Shown: positions 1 to 7,941 of the stretch, piece after piece
Numbering within the stretch: the stretch's first letter is position 1
Layout of the letters: every line of letters starts with the position of its first letter
From: Candidatus Saccharimonadota bacterium
GTDB lineage: Bacteria; Patescibacteriota; Saccharimonadia; Saccharimonadales; Saccharimonadaceae
Assembly: GCA_001897305.1 (NCBI GenBank)
Contig: MKSO01000001.1
Span: 90,001 to 122,000 of the forward strand
DNA length: 32,000 bases
Direction of reading: 5' to 3'
Made by a program: the position numbers and the translations under genes
The notes under the pieces: model-generated
What the model was told of the DNA's origin: nothing
Database searches by the model: none
What the model saw: the letters and a program-made list of their open reading frames with translations, nothing else

Positions 1-1199
1 CTGAAAACGTTGATGCCCGCCGTAAGGCGAGTAATATCCAGTGGCAATTAACGCAGATCCACGGTATTGCCGAAATCCGTTTGTATGGGCTGGTTCGATA
101 CCTTTTGGCGCTACGCCAGAAATATCGAGACCAAGACGAGAAAGAGCAAATCCATATAGAGCGAAAATTCCTTAAGCAGGAATTTCTAGCGAGTGTTATT
201 GAAGCAGTTGCAGAAGTCGTGGCGCTTTTGTATGTTGTGTTGCACATTATTGCCCATGCTTTACCAATTGGACAATTTATTTATGTACAACAAATTGTTT
301 CAAGGGGGCTTAGTAGTATGCGTTCTGTGGCGCAGAGCTTTATTAACATAGATGAAGATTTAGCTAATCTTTCCGCCTACGATACTTTTATGAACTTGCC
401 AACTCAGAAGCCAGGCAAGGTAAGGCTAGATACCTCGCCTACATCAATCACAGTCGATGCTGTGTCGTTTCACTACCCAAACAATGATCGTCATGTTCTT
501 GAAGATGTATCCTTGCATGTTACAAAGGGTTCTCATATTGCTATTGTTGGCGAGAATGGAGCAGGTAAGTCAACACTTATAAAACTACTGCTGGGTTTTT
601 ATTATCCAACCAGCGGTACGATTACAGTTGATGGCATACCTACTACCGAGTTAGACCTCGAAAGTTGGCATGCAAAGGTTGGTGTCTTGCAGCAGTCGTC
701 CATCGACTTCGACTATGCCGACGCCAAAGACAATATTTTGCTTGGCGACGTGTCTCGACCCGAAGACGCTAAGCGCTACGAGCGGGCGATTGAAAAAGCC
801 GAAGCTAAAGAATTTCTTGATAAACTCCCCAAAAAAGACCGCACGTATATTGTGCAATGGATGGAGAGTGAAGACGGTACGCCAGGGGTGGCGCTTTCGG
901 GTGGTCAGCAACAGCGGCTGGCCTTGGCGCGTAATTTCTACCGCGACAGCCCGGTGGTTATTTTAGATGAACCCACCAGTGCTATTGATGCCCTGGCTGA
1001 GTCACGTATTTTCAAACGGTTGTTTGAAGAAAAGAACAAAACCATTATTACAATCAGCCACCGCCTTTCAACCGTCCGGCGCGCTGATGTCATTTACGTA
1101 CTCAAGGATGGCAAAATAGTCGAACAGGGGACACATAAAGAGCTAGTAAAGAAAAAAGGTGCCTACTATACGCTGTTTGAGAGCCAGTTAACAGATTGA
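1..1199 (+). CDS. ABC exporter, fused permease/ATP-binding protein (C-terminal part; 5' end lies upstream of the window)
   Basis: The frame is open from nt 3 (ENVDARRKASNIQWQL precedes the track start at 81). Walker A GENGAGKST, ABC signature LSGGQQQR, Walker B VVILDEPTS, H-loop ISHR. A hydrophobic TM-like segment lies upstream of the NBD. Confidence 0.9.
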   Translation, partial: ENVDARRKASNIQWQLTQIHGIAEIRLYGLVRYLLALRQKYRDQDEKEQIHIERKFLKQEFLASVIEAVAEVVALLYVVLHIIAHALPIGQFIYVQQIVSRGLSSMRSVAQSFINIDEDLANLSAYDTFMNLPTQKPGKVRLDTSPTSITVDAVSFHYPNNDRHVLEDVSLHVTKGSHIAIVGENGAGKSTLIKLLLGFYYPTSGTITVDGIPTTELDLESWHAKVGVLQQSSIDFDYADAKDNILLGDVSRPEDAKRYERAIEKAEAKEFLDKLPKKDRTYIVQWMESEDGTPGVALSGGQQQRLALARNFYRDSPVVILDEPTSAIDALAESRIFKRLFEEKNKTIITISHRLSTVRRADVIYVLKDGKIVEQGTHKELVKKKGAYYTLFESQLTD

Positions 1200-1271
1200 C
1201 ATTTGTTAGTGTTTATGCTACTATAAACATAACATTTACCACCATAAAAATATACATATCAGAGGACAATA

Positions 1272-2876
1272 ATGAGTAGCACCGGCCGTCCGCAAGAGCC
1301 ATCACCTGAGTTTGAAGCTCCTGTTAATACACTCGATGCCTTACGCGATCTTCGCCATGAGCGTGCCGAACAAAAGGCGCAAGAAGCCTTGAGGGGTGCG
1401 GTTATTGACCGCATTTCGTTACCAATGAGCCCGTTTGTTATGCCTCCTGCCACCGGTGGTGAGTACGACATAGCCAGGGTATCCTGGGACGACTATCTAG
1501 TTTTAGATAAATTCGGCTATTCCCCCGATGATGTAGCAAGCGTCCTTCAAGCCCCACCAGACACCCCAGTAACATTACAGATCCATCAAGATGCCGAGCA
1601 TATGGATGTAAATAAGATAGGGGAGGGCTTGACACTGCGCTTTAAGGTCGATGGTACTGAAGACGCACCATTTGATGAACTATATCAAATGAAGCCCCAG
1701 GCTATTCGCACCGAAGTGATAGATCGGTATAAGGAATCACCTGCACATCGAGCACTCCACGAACTGGCTCAGCTATTAGATGAACCTGATTATAAAGCTA
1801 CTACCGTGAAAACGGATTGGTTCAACCCCGATGAAGACAATCTCGGAACCCTAGGGGCGTTAAGCAGTTTGGAGCTTATTGATTCATTTCCTCAACCAGG
1901 TGATAGCACTAATGTGCAAGAGCTTCTAGAATTTAGATATGGTATACAAATAGGTCATCGTGTAACTGATCAGGGAGAAGAAACAACTTACACCAAAGTT
2001 GATCGTTGGAATGGGTTAGTAAAGACGGTTCATTACGATGAGACTGGCCGCATGGCTATTTCCTTTACCACGGACCCTGAATATTGGTATGCAGAAAGAG
2101 CCAATAACGCGCGTGACATTGAAGGTGTTCCGTTTATTGAAACGCGTTGTGCAGAAGAATTTTTTGATGCGATTGATAAGGCTGGGCTTGTACTCCAACC
2201 GAGGTACATGGATGAGATGGTTCGGGTCGGTGAAGCGGAGCGCTTTGGTGGTGTATACACTCAAATGTCACGCGAGATCGCTAAATGGGTAGATAGCGAT
2301 GAGCGGCGTGAAGTGGGTAATTTGTTTGTACTACCGGAAGGTACCGTGGATACTCAAGATGCAGCGCTGACGGCCATAGAAGAGCAACTTTTTAGTATTG
2401 ATGAATCTGCCATGGCTGAGCCGGCAAAACTCTTGTTCAGGCTTATGAAACAATCAATTACCAGGGATGCGCGCGACCTTCCTGAGTTACCCGTTACGCG
2501 TAGTTACATACAGATTGAGTACGGGGCTTGTTTCGATGTTGCCAGCTATTACTTAGGTGCAGCAGACTTCGCAGGAAAGTTGCAGGCTATTCAGGTGGGC
2601 GATGTTTCAATGCTTGAAAAAACCTATGGCTCTCATACGTTCCTTCTTCAGGAGCCGACTGCGCTAAACGGTGTTGAGCTTCCAAAAGGTACCCTTGTCA
2701 ATCGTGGTGAAGATGGTGGTTGGGCTATGCAACGACTGACACCGTTTTGTTTTGATAACGACGAAGACCGGTTAGCAATGGGTTCTGAGATTGACAAGGC
2801 GTATGAAAACCAAATGGACATAATCCGTCATATCGGCGGCGCTACACTTGCATCACTTATCGAGGCGGCGCGCTAG
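1272..2876 (+). CDS. hypothetical acidic protein, 534 aa, no recognisable domain
   Basis: Long ORF in backbone composition. ATG at 1272 is preceded by AGAGGA (1261-1266). No TM segment, signal peptide or catalytic motif recognised. Confidence 0.6.
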   Translation: MSSTGRPQEPSPEFEAPVNTLDALRDLRHERAEQKAQEALRGAVIDRISLPMSPFVMPPATGGEYDIARVSWDDYLVLDKFGYSPDDVASVLQAPPDTPVTLQIHQDAEHMDVNKIGEGLTLRFKVDGTEDAPFDELYQMKPQAIRTEVIDRYKESPAHRALHELAQLLDEPDYKATTVKTDWFNPDEDNLGTLGALSSLELIDSFPQPGDSTNVQELLEFRYGIQIGHRVTDQGEETTYTKVDRWNGLVKTVHYDETGRMAISFTTDPEYWYAERANNARDIEGVPFIETRCAEEFFDAIDKAGLVLQPRYMDEMVRVGEAERFGGVYTQMSREIAKWVDSDERREVGNLFVLPEGTVDTQDAALTAIEEQLFSIDESAMAEPAKLLFRLMKQSITRDARDLPELPVTRSYIQIEYGACFDVASYYLGAADFAGKLQAIQVGDVSMLEKTYGSHTFLLQEPTALNGVELPKGTLVNRGEDGGWAMQRLTPFCFDNDEDRLAMGSEIDKAYENQMDIIRHIGGATLASLIEAAR

Positions 2877-2913
2877 TATTTTACTTTCAGGGTAACCGCC
2901 CTATACTATACCC

Positions 2914-3819
2914 ATGACCACTATCATGGAAATAAAAAATCTGTCAAAAACATACGGCGGTTTTACAGCTGTCCGTAACGCATCTTTCTCGGTTAAAAAA
3001 GGCGAGGTTGTAGGGTTTGTTGGCTTAAACGGGGCTGGTAAGTCTACAACTATTAACATGTTGCTTGGCTTTCAAAAACCATCACAGGGCGAGGTGTACC
3101 TTTTTAATAAAAAGGTAACATTACCCCGTGCCCATAAAAGCCATAAACGCATCGGTTTTGCTACTGGCGATATGAGCTTATTCGACGGCATGACGGGTGC
3201 GCAGTACCTTCGGTTTGTGGCCCGCTCGTATGGCTCAAGTACTAAAACCGAAAACTTTAAGAGCCTTGTGGAGCGGTTTGACCCGCAGCTCAATAAAAAA
3301 CTCTCTACCTTATCAAGGGGGAACAAGCAAAAAATTGCTCTTATTGCCGCTTTTATGACCCAACCGGATTTAATTATTCTTGACGAGCCAAGTAGTGGAC
3401 TGGACCCACTTATGCAGCAGCATTTCCTTGAGTTGGTACGTGAAGCATCGCAGCGCGGCGCAACGGTATTTATGTCTTCACACTATCTTAACGAGGTGAT
3501 TGACGTATGTAGCCGGGTGTTGCTTATAAAAAATGGCGAATTAGTAAAAGATATTCCAGCGGCCGAACTTGAAGCCCAGGCGGGTAAACTAGTGCGCGTT
3601 GTCACCAAGCGAAAAGTAACGGCGCCAAAAGGTGCGGAACTGGTTGATACCCAAGCTGTGACTGGCGGGTATGCGCTCCAGTTCATTTATAAGGACAAGT
3701 CATTGCGCCTACAGGAATGGCTCGGCACGCTACCGCAGTTGCAAGATATTTCTATTACCGATCATAGCGCCCAGGCGGCTTTCGAAGACTTATACCAAGA
3801 GGAGCCAAGCAATGTTTAA
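2914..3819 (+). CDS. ABC-2-type transporter ATP-binding protein with C-terminal accessory domain
   Basis: Walker A GLNGAGKST, signature LSRGNKQK, Walker B LIILDEPSSGLD, H-loop SSHYL. An extra ~80 aa follows the NBD. The stop overlaps the next start by 8 nt. Confidence 0.9.
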   Translation: MTTIMEIKNLSKTYGGFTAVRNASFSVKKGEVVGFVGLNGAGKSTTINMLLGFQKPSQGEVYLFNKKVTLPRAHKSHKRIGFATGDMSLFDGMTGAQYLRFVARSYGSSTKTENFKSLVERFDPQLNKKLSTLSRGNKQKIALIAAFMTQPDLIILDEPSSGLDPLMQQHFLELVREASQRGATVFMSSHYLNEVIDVCSRVLLIKNGELVKDIPAAELEAQAGKLVRVVTKRKVTAPKGAELVDTQAVTGGYALQFIYKDKSLRLQEWLGTLPQLQDISITDHSAQAAFEDLYQEEPSNV

Positions 3820-4600
3820 TGTTTTTCTAAAAACCTTGCGTGATAAACGTTACTTTATTCTGGGATGGTCGCTAGGTCTGCTGTTTTTGGGTTTCATGAT
3901 GACATCGTTTTACCCTTCGTTTAGCGGTGGCCAAATTGATCAACTTTTAGATAGTTTGCCGCCGGCATTTCAAGGCTTGGTGGGAAATGTTCAAGATTGG
4001 CGTGAATTACCGGGCTACTTAGGGAGCCAGCTCTTCGATATTCGGCTGCCGATTTTCATTAGCATCCTGTCTATCTTACTTGCTATCGGGTTGACAGTAG
4101 GCGAGGAGGATAAGGGTCAACTGCGCACCCTTATTGCCCTTCCGGTGAGTCGTCGAAAAATTGCCTTTGGCAAGTGGCTCGCCATTGTTGTCATATGCCT
4201 CGTTGCTTCGCTCGCAACGGTGGTAGGAGTTGAAATTGGTATTGCTGTCATACAGAAGACGCTGGATCAGTCGGTTATTGTTCGTCTCGGCTTGTTTACA
4301 TGGCTACTTGTAACGGCTTTGGCAACGATCATATACGCCATTGGTCTCTCAACCGGCAAACGCGCCATTACAACCGGTGTGGCCATTATTGTGGCGATTG
4401 GTAGCTTCCTGCTCTCGACCTTTGGCCAGGCTGTAGACTGGCTGGCCGATTACGAGAAGTTTTCGTTCTTCTACTATTTCCCGGCGGTAAACATCGCCAA
4501 GGATATAGTAGACTGGGGTAATATATTGTTTTATGCAGTTATTATAGTGCTGGGATTATTAGCAACCCTTATCTTTTTCCCGCGGCGTGACGTTAAATGA
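3812..4600 (+). CDS. ABC-2 family transporter permease
   Basis: ATG at 3812 (MFNVFLKTLRDKRYFILGW) overlaps the ATPase stop (ATGTTTAA). About 6 hydrophobic helices. The track start at 3671 would overlap the ATPase by 150 nt and is rejected. Confidence 0.8.
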   Translation: MFNVFLKTLRDKRYFILGWSLGLLFLGFMMTSFYPSFSGGQIDQLLDSLPPAFQGLVGNVQDWRELPGYLGSQLFDIRLPIFISILSILLAIGLTVGEEDKGQLRTLIALPVSRRKIAFGKWLAIVVICLVASLATVVGVEIGIAVIQKTLDQSVIVRLGLFTWLLVTALATIIYAIGLSTGKRAITTGVAIIVAIGSFLLSTFGQAVDWLADYEKFSFFYYFPAVNIAKDIVDWGNILFYAVIIVLGLLATLIFFPRRDVK

Positions 4601-4974
4601 GCGTGTGGCAGTCTGGTCGCGAATCTCGATTACTTGATGCCATCATGGATGGTCGTAAGACCATTGAGGGGCGCTTAAACAAGGGCAAATTTAGCGAATA
4701 CAAGGTTGGTGATACTGTTTCCTTGCGTCGCGATATAAGAGGTGAGGATGGCGTATTACGCGACGGCGCGGCTGATGCTGCTCGCGTCAAAATTGTCGCC
4801 ATTCGGCAATACAGCGATTTTCTTACCATGGTAGCAACGGAAGGCTACGACAAGGTTATTCCCTATGCCAAAGATGCTCAAGAGGCGGCAGACGAGTATA
4901 ACAAATATTATTCGGTTGACGATCAAGCTCGGTTTGGTGTGCTTGCTATTGAAGTTCGGCCCATTATAAAATAG
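4597..4974 (+). CDS. ASCH (PUA-like) domain protein
   Basis: 125 aa. The N-terminal pattern LLDAIMDGRKTIEGRL...KVGDTV resembles ASCH domains. ATGA overlap with the permease stop. Confidence 0.55.
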   Translation: MSVWQSGRESRLLDAIMDGRKTIEGRLNKGKFSEYKVGDTVSLRRDIRGEDGVLRDGAADAARVKIVAIRQYSDFLTMVATEGYDKVIPYAKDAQEAADEYNKYYSVDDQARFGVLAIEVRPIIK

Positions 4975-4995
4975 ATAAAACAAGGAGAACCCACC

Positions 4996-5379
4996 ATGGC
5001 CTATGAAGGTACAAAATTACATAACTTTGACCCGCGTGAGGATGCTGTAAAAGACCTCGAAATTATTGACGTTGAAGTAGGTACTGGTGAAGAAGTAAAG
5101 CCTGGCGCTACAATTACCGCTCACTACACTGGTGCGCTGGTAAAGAACGGTATTATTTTTCAAAGCAGCCTCGATTTTGGCGACCCAATTAGCTTTGGTC
5201 TTGACCAAGTGATCGCCGGTTGGACTCGTGGGGTGCCTGGTATGAAAATAGGTGGTACGCGCCGACTGGTTATTCCGGCAGAGCAAGCTTACGGTGCGTC
5301 AAGCCCAGCTCCAAACATTCCAGCAAATAGCGACTTAGTGTTCGACATTGATCTTATTGCTATTCCGCGAAACGGGTAG
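4996..5379 (+). CDS. FKBP-type peptidyl-prolyl cis-trans isomerase
   Basis: Motifs HYTGAL..G..F.SS, VIAGW..G..GMK.GG.R.L.IP...AYG and LVFDIDLI. SD AAGGAGA lies upstream of the ATG. Confidence 0.9.
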   Translation: MAYEGTKLHNFDPREDAVKDLEIIDVEVGTGEEVKPGATITAHYTGALVKNGIIFQSSLDFGDPISFGLDQVIAGWTRGVPGMKIGGTRRLVIPAEQAYGASSPAPNIPANSDLVFDIDLIAIPRNG

Positions 5380-5450
5380 TATGCGCCAAACCATTCCTCA
5401 AAAGCGTTCTAAAACCCCGCGCGCTGTCTCAGGTTAGCTTTATAGTCGCT

Positions 5451-6011
5451 ATGGTGTTGATTGGCGTGCTTGTGGTTGTGGCATTTATCCATAGTCGGTT
5501 TAATATCGTACCAAACCTTGTGGCAACGACGCAGCTTCCGTCGACCACGCAGGAATTTCCGGCCATTAATACTGCTGGACTCACCAACACCCAAGGCGCA
5601 CTACTTACCTTGTTGAAGCAGGAATACCGTGAACAGCCGCCGGGTACAAAGTACTCTATGGGTACAGAGGAATCGTGGTGTGCTGATTTTGTCAGCTGGA
5701 TCATGAAAGAAGCCGATGCCCCACTTAGCAATCCGAATAATGGTGGCTGGCGTATACCTGGTACTTACACGCTTCGAGACTATTATGAATCCGTGGGAAA
5801 GTTTAAGCCAGCTGATGCCGAATATAGCCCTAAGGTAGGCGATGTTGTGCTGTATGACAACCCAAGTCCGCATGGCCAACATACAAATATAGTGGTTAAA
5901 AATGATAACGGCACAGTGACCACTGTTGGTGGAAATGAAGGGGGTAAAATTCGCATTCAAACTAATATATTACAGGAGGATCCAGGCCTCGTTGGGTATG
6001 GCGTACTTTAG
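5451..6011 (+). CDS. membrane-anchored CHAP-domain peptidoglycan hydrolase (putative)
   Basis: N-terminal TM helix MVLIGVLVVVAF. Cys motif SWCADFVSW and His motif GQHTNIVV with CHAP-like spacing. The start is uncertain (see finding on 5381-5450). Confidence 0.65.
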   Translation: MVLIGVLVVVAFIHSRFNIVPNLVATTQLPSTTQEFPAINTAGLTNTQGALLTLLKQEYREQPPGTKYSMGTEESWCADFVSWIMKEADAPLSNPNNGGWRIPGTYTLRDYYESVGKFKPADAEYSPKVGDVVLYDNPSPHGQHTNIVVKNDNGTVTTVGGNEGGKIRIQTNILQEDPGLVGYGVL

Positions 6012-6031
6012 TTTATGCATTGCTAAACAGA

Positions 6032-6040
6032 TGCTATAAT
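6032..6040 (+). promoter_or_regulatory. extended -10 promoter TGCTATAAT
   Basis: Exact TGnTATAAT. The same 9-mer recurs before other genes in the window. Confidence 0.5.
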
Positions 6041-6050
6041 GAGCCGTACG

Positions 6051-6800
6051 ATGCGACGATTGGTGGGAATGAAACACAAAAAAGCTCCAAGCCCAGGCTT
6101 TACTATTGTTGAATTACTTATTGTTGTCGTAGTGATTGCAATCTTAGCTGCGATTGTCATTGTTTCTTATAATGGGATTAAACAGCGGGCGGATGCTTCA
6201 GCGCGCAAAACTGAGCTTAGCCAATTATCTCGAAAAATTCAAACGGACATACTACAGTCGACGGGTAATACGGTCGACATTAAAACGCCAATTGGCTTTG
6301 CAGAGGCATCGGGTACGACAGTGCTTGATACGCCGCTTGAGTCGGCGCAAGAGCTAACCCTTTATGGGGTATTTGATACGACGAACAGCCCAGCGACAGT
6401 TAGCTGGTCATCTATGATCGAATTATCCCCAAATAACAGTTCTAACAATTCAATTAAGCTCCGCACTGGTGCGGCTAGTAGCGATACGGCGCGAGCCTAT
6501 TACTCTACCTCATCTCAAACTAATCGTGACCTAACAAAAAATAATATCATGAACACAGCGAGTCGCCATATCGGTTGGGTGACCACTAATGGTGCTATGA
6601 TCTACGCGAGTTACGACACACAGTCAGATGCGAGCGCCTCGCTAACTGCGCATACTGGGTTTAACTTTAGCTCGGTGACGATGTATTCTGCCACGGCTTA
6701 TACGCCAGTCGCTGCCCTCGTTTTTGCGCAATATCACGACGCCACGACGCGACAACAAATTGTACAGTGGCTGAATCAGCAGTATACTGTGGGCCTATGA
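6051..6800 (+). CDS. type IV pilin-like protein (prepilin N-terminal methylation motif)
   Basis: Sequence KKAPSPG/FTIVELLIVVVVIAILAAIVIVSYNG matches the class III signal peptide plus hydrophobic helix. The ORF opens at 6039, but that ATG lies inside the -10 box. 6051 or 6069 (MKHKK) are more likely starts. Confidence 0.85.
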   Translation: MRRLVGMKHKKAPSPGFTIVELLIVVVVIAILAAIVIVSYNGIKQRADASARKTELSQLSRKIQTDILQSTGNTVDIKTPIGFAEASGTTVLDTPLESAQELTLYGVFDTTNSPATVSWSSMIELSPNNSSNNSIKLRTGAASSDTARAYYSTSSQTNRDLTKNNIMNTASRHIGWVTTNGAMIYASYDTQSDASASLTAHTGFNFSSVTMYSATAYTPVAALVFAQYHDATTRQQIVQWLNQQYTVGL

Positions 6801-7441
6801 AAATCGGCGTCTTTGATTCGGGCATTGGTGGCAAAGCAATTGCAGAGCGGCTCGAACGTGATTACCCCAGCGATGAAGTGCTCTACGTCAACGATAGTAA
6901 GCATGTTCCATACGGTAGCCGCTCAAGTGAAGAAATTATTTCTCTTACTGATGCGGCTATACAACCGCTTCTCGATGCACAGTGCGATGTTGTTGTCTTG
7001 GCGCGTAATACCGCTACGGCAGCGGCGATAGAGTTTCTTAGAGAGAAGTACCCGACTACACCTTTTGTGGGCCTTGAGCCGATGGTAAAACCAGCTGCCC
7101 AACAAACGAAAACGGGGGTTATTGCTATATGCGCAACTCCTGCAACATTAAACAGCAGCCGCTATAGAGGCTTGAAAGATACTTACGCAAATGATGTAAA
7201 AGTGGTCGAGCCGGACTGTAGCCGGTGGGCTTCTATGATAGAACACAATCAAGTACAGCACGGCCATATCGCGCGTACGATTGAGGGTGTCTTAAAGCAA
7301 GGCGCTGATGTTATTGTCCTTGCATGTACGCACTATCATTGGATTAAAGAGGAAATTACCGGGCTGGTGGCTGGAAGGGCAATAATACTCGACCCATCGG
7401 AGGCGATTTCGCGGCGCGTCGGTGTTATTATCGGGAGCTAA
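6797..7441 (+). CDS. murI: glutamate racemase-like protein with first catalytic Cys replaced by Arg
   Basis: MKIGVFDSGIGG N-terminus, VLARNTATAAA (canonical ACNTA[ST]) and VLACTHYHW (canonical GCTHYP). ATGA overlap with the pilin stop. 214 aa. Confidence 0.8.
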   Translation: MKIGVFDSGIGGKAIAERLERDYPSDEVLYVNDSKHVPYGSRSSEEIISLTDAAIQPLLDAQCDVVVLARNTATAAAIEFLREKYPTTPFVGLEPMVKPAAQQTKTGVIAICATPATLNSSRYRGLKDTYANDVKVVEPDCSRWASMIEHNQVQHGHIARTIEGVLKQGADVIVLACTHYHWIKEEITGLVAGRAIILDPSEAISRRVGVIIGS

Positions 7442-7442
7442 A

Positions 7443-7480
7443 TAAAAAAAAGCCGGCCTAGATGCCGGAAATTCTTTTTT
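7443..7480. terminator. bidirectional rho-independent terminator
   Basis: An A8 run, a CCGGC/GCCGG stem with a 6-nt loop, then a T6 run. It sits after the murI stop and after the minus-strand cassette. Confidence 0.6.
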
Positions 7481-7491
7481 GGAAGGTGGAG
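7479..7491. repeat. left inverted repeat TTGGAAGGTGGAG
   Basis: Exact reverse complement of 7812-7824. Confidence 0.9.
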
Positions 7492-7503
7492 ATAGGGCGC
7501 CCG

Positions 7504-7541
7504 GGGGCGAGAAGCACAGGACTGCTGTGACATCTCGCCCC
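7504..7541 (-). terminator. GC-rich stem-loop 8 nt after the stop of the small ORF (no U-tract)
   Basis: GGGGCGAGA (7504-7512) pairs with TCTCGCCCC (7533-7541). An inner stem forms from CACAG/CTGTG. Confidence 0.5.
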
Positions 7542-7549
7542 TCGCGGAC

Positions 7550-7810
7550 TCAGCTGTGTGCACATCGGCACAGTCCGCAGGCCTGTCGCCCGTGGTCCGG
7601 ATGCGGACAGTGAGTGCAGTAGGCGCCACCGTTGTGTGAGCCACCGCCCCAGCGCTTCAGGATGAAGCGGCCGATGAACACCAACGTGATGAGCGCAGCT
7701 GCGACACACGCGATGATGACCATCGTCGGCAGGAAGTAGCTGACGAAAGCCAGCACGATGATCGCGAATACCAGCCAGCCGACCGGGTTTTGTGCGAAGC
7801 GCTTCAGCAT
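7550..7810 (-). CDS. small two-TM membrane protein with Cys/His-rich C-terminal tail (86 aa), GC-rich foreign composition
   Basis: The ATG at 7810 is preceded by GGAAGGTGGAG. Sequence MLKRFAQNPVGWLVFAIIVLAFVSYFLPTMVIIACVAAALITLVFIGRFILKRW, then ...AYCTHCPHPDHGRQACGLCRCAHS (5 Cys and 5 His in the last 33 aa). The upstream part of the 165-aa track ORF is AT-rich and lies before the SD. Confidence 0.6.
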   Translation of the reverse strand: MLKRFAQNPVGWLVFAIIVLAFVSYFLPTMVIIACVAAALITLVFIGRFILKRWGGGSHNGGAYCTHCPHPDHGRQACGLCRCAHS

Positions 7811-7811
7811 G

Positions 7812-7824
7812 CTCCACCTTCCAA
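7812..7824. repeat. right inverted repeat CTCCACCTTCCAA (contains the SD of the small ORF)
   Basis: Exact reverse complement of 7479-7491. Confidence 0.9.
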
Positions 7825-7830
7825 GGTTCG

Positions 7831-7849
7831 TGAGGATCTCACGGTGAGA
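7831..7849 (-). promoter_or_regulatory. GTGAG-n3-CTCAC-n1-GTGAG palindromic array in the leader of the small ORF
   Basis: CGTGAG gat CTCACG is a perfect 6-bp inverted repeat (7829-7843). A third GTGAG copy allows an alternative pairing. Confidence 0.35.
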
Positions 7850-7864
7850 TTCTCTAACTATCTT

Positions 7865-7873
7865 ATTATACCA
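7865..7873 (-). promoter_or_regulatory. extended -10 promoter TGGTATAAT (minus strand) reading into the GC-rich cassette
   Basis: The reverse complement of ATTATACCA is TGGTATAAT. It lies outside the inverted repeat, in AT-rich backbone sequence. Confidence 0.45.
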
Positions 7874-7932
7874 TACTATTGTTAAAAAAGCAATAATATC
7901 TCCCATGGCATATGGATGAAAGGGCTCTCTAC

Positions 7933-7941
7933 TGCTATAAT
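7933..7941 (+). promoter_or_regulatory. extended -10 promoter TGCTATAAT upstream of pnp
   Basis: Exact TGnTATAAT about 120 nt upstream of the pnp ATG. Confidence 0.5.

Larger units (their letters stand above)
7479..7824 (-). mobile_element. 346-bp GC-rich single-gene cassette bounded by perfect 13-bp inverted repeats
   Basis: TTGGAAGGTGGAG at 7479-7491 and its exact reverse complement at 7812-7824. The interior is clearly GC-rich relative to AT-rich flanks. No transposase is present. Confidence 0.4.

Noticed and set aside
3671-3811. N-terminal extensions offered by the ORF track (3671 for the permease, 7981 for pnp, 6767 for murI, 26066 for the surface protein, 30730 for pilM).
   Set aside because: Each has an internal ATG with an SD or stop/start coupling that gives a canonical N-terminus. 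The extensions overlap upstream genes or promoter boxes.
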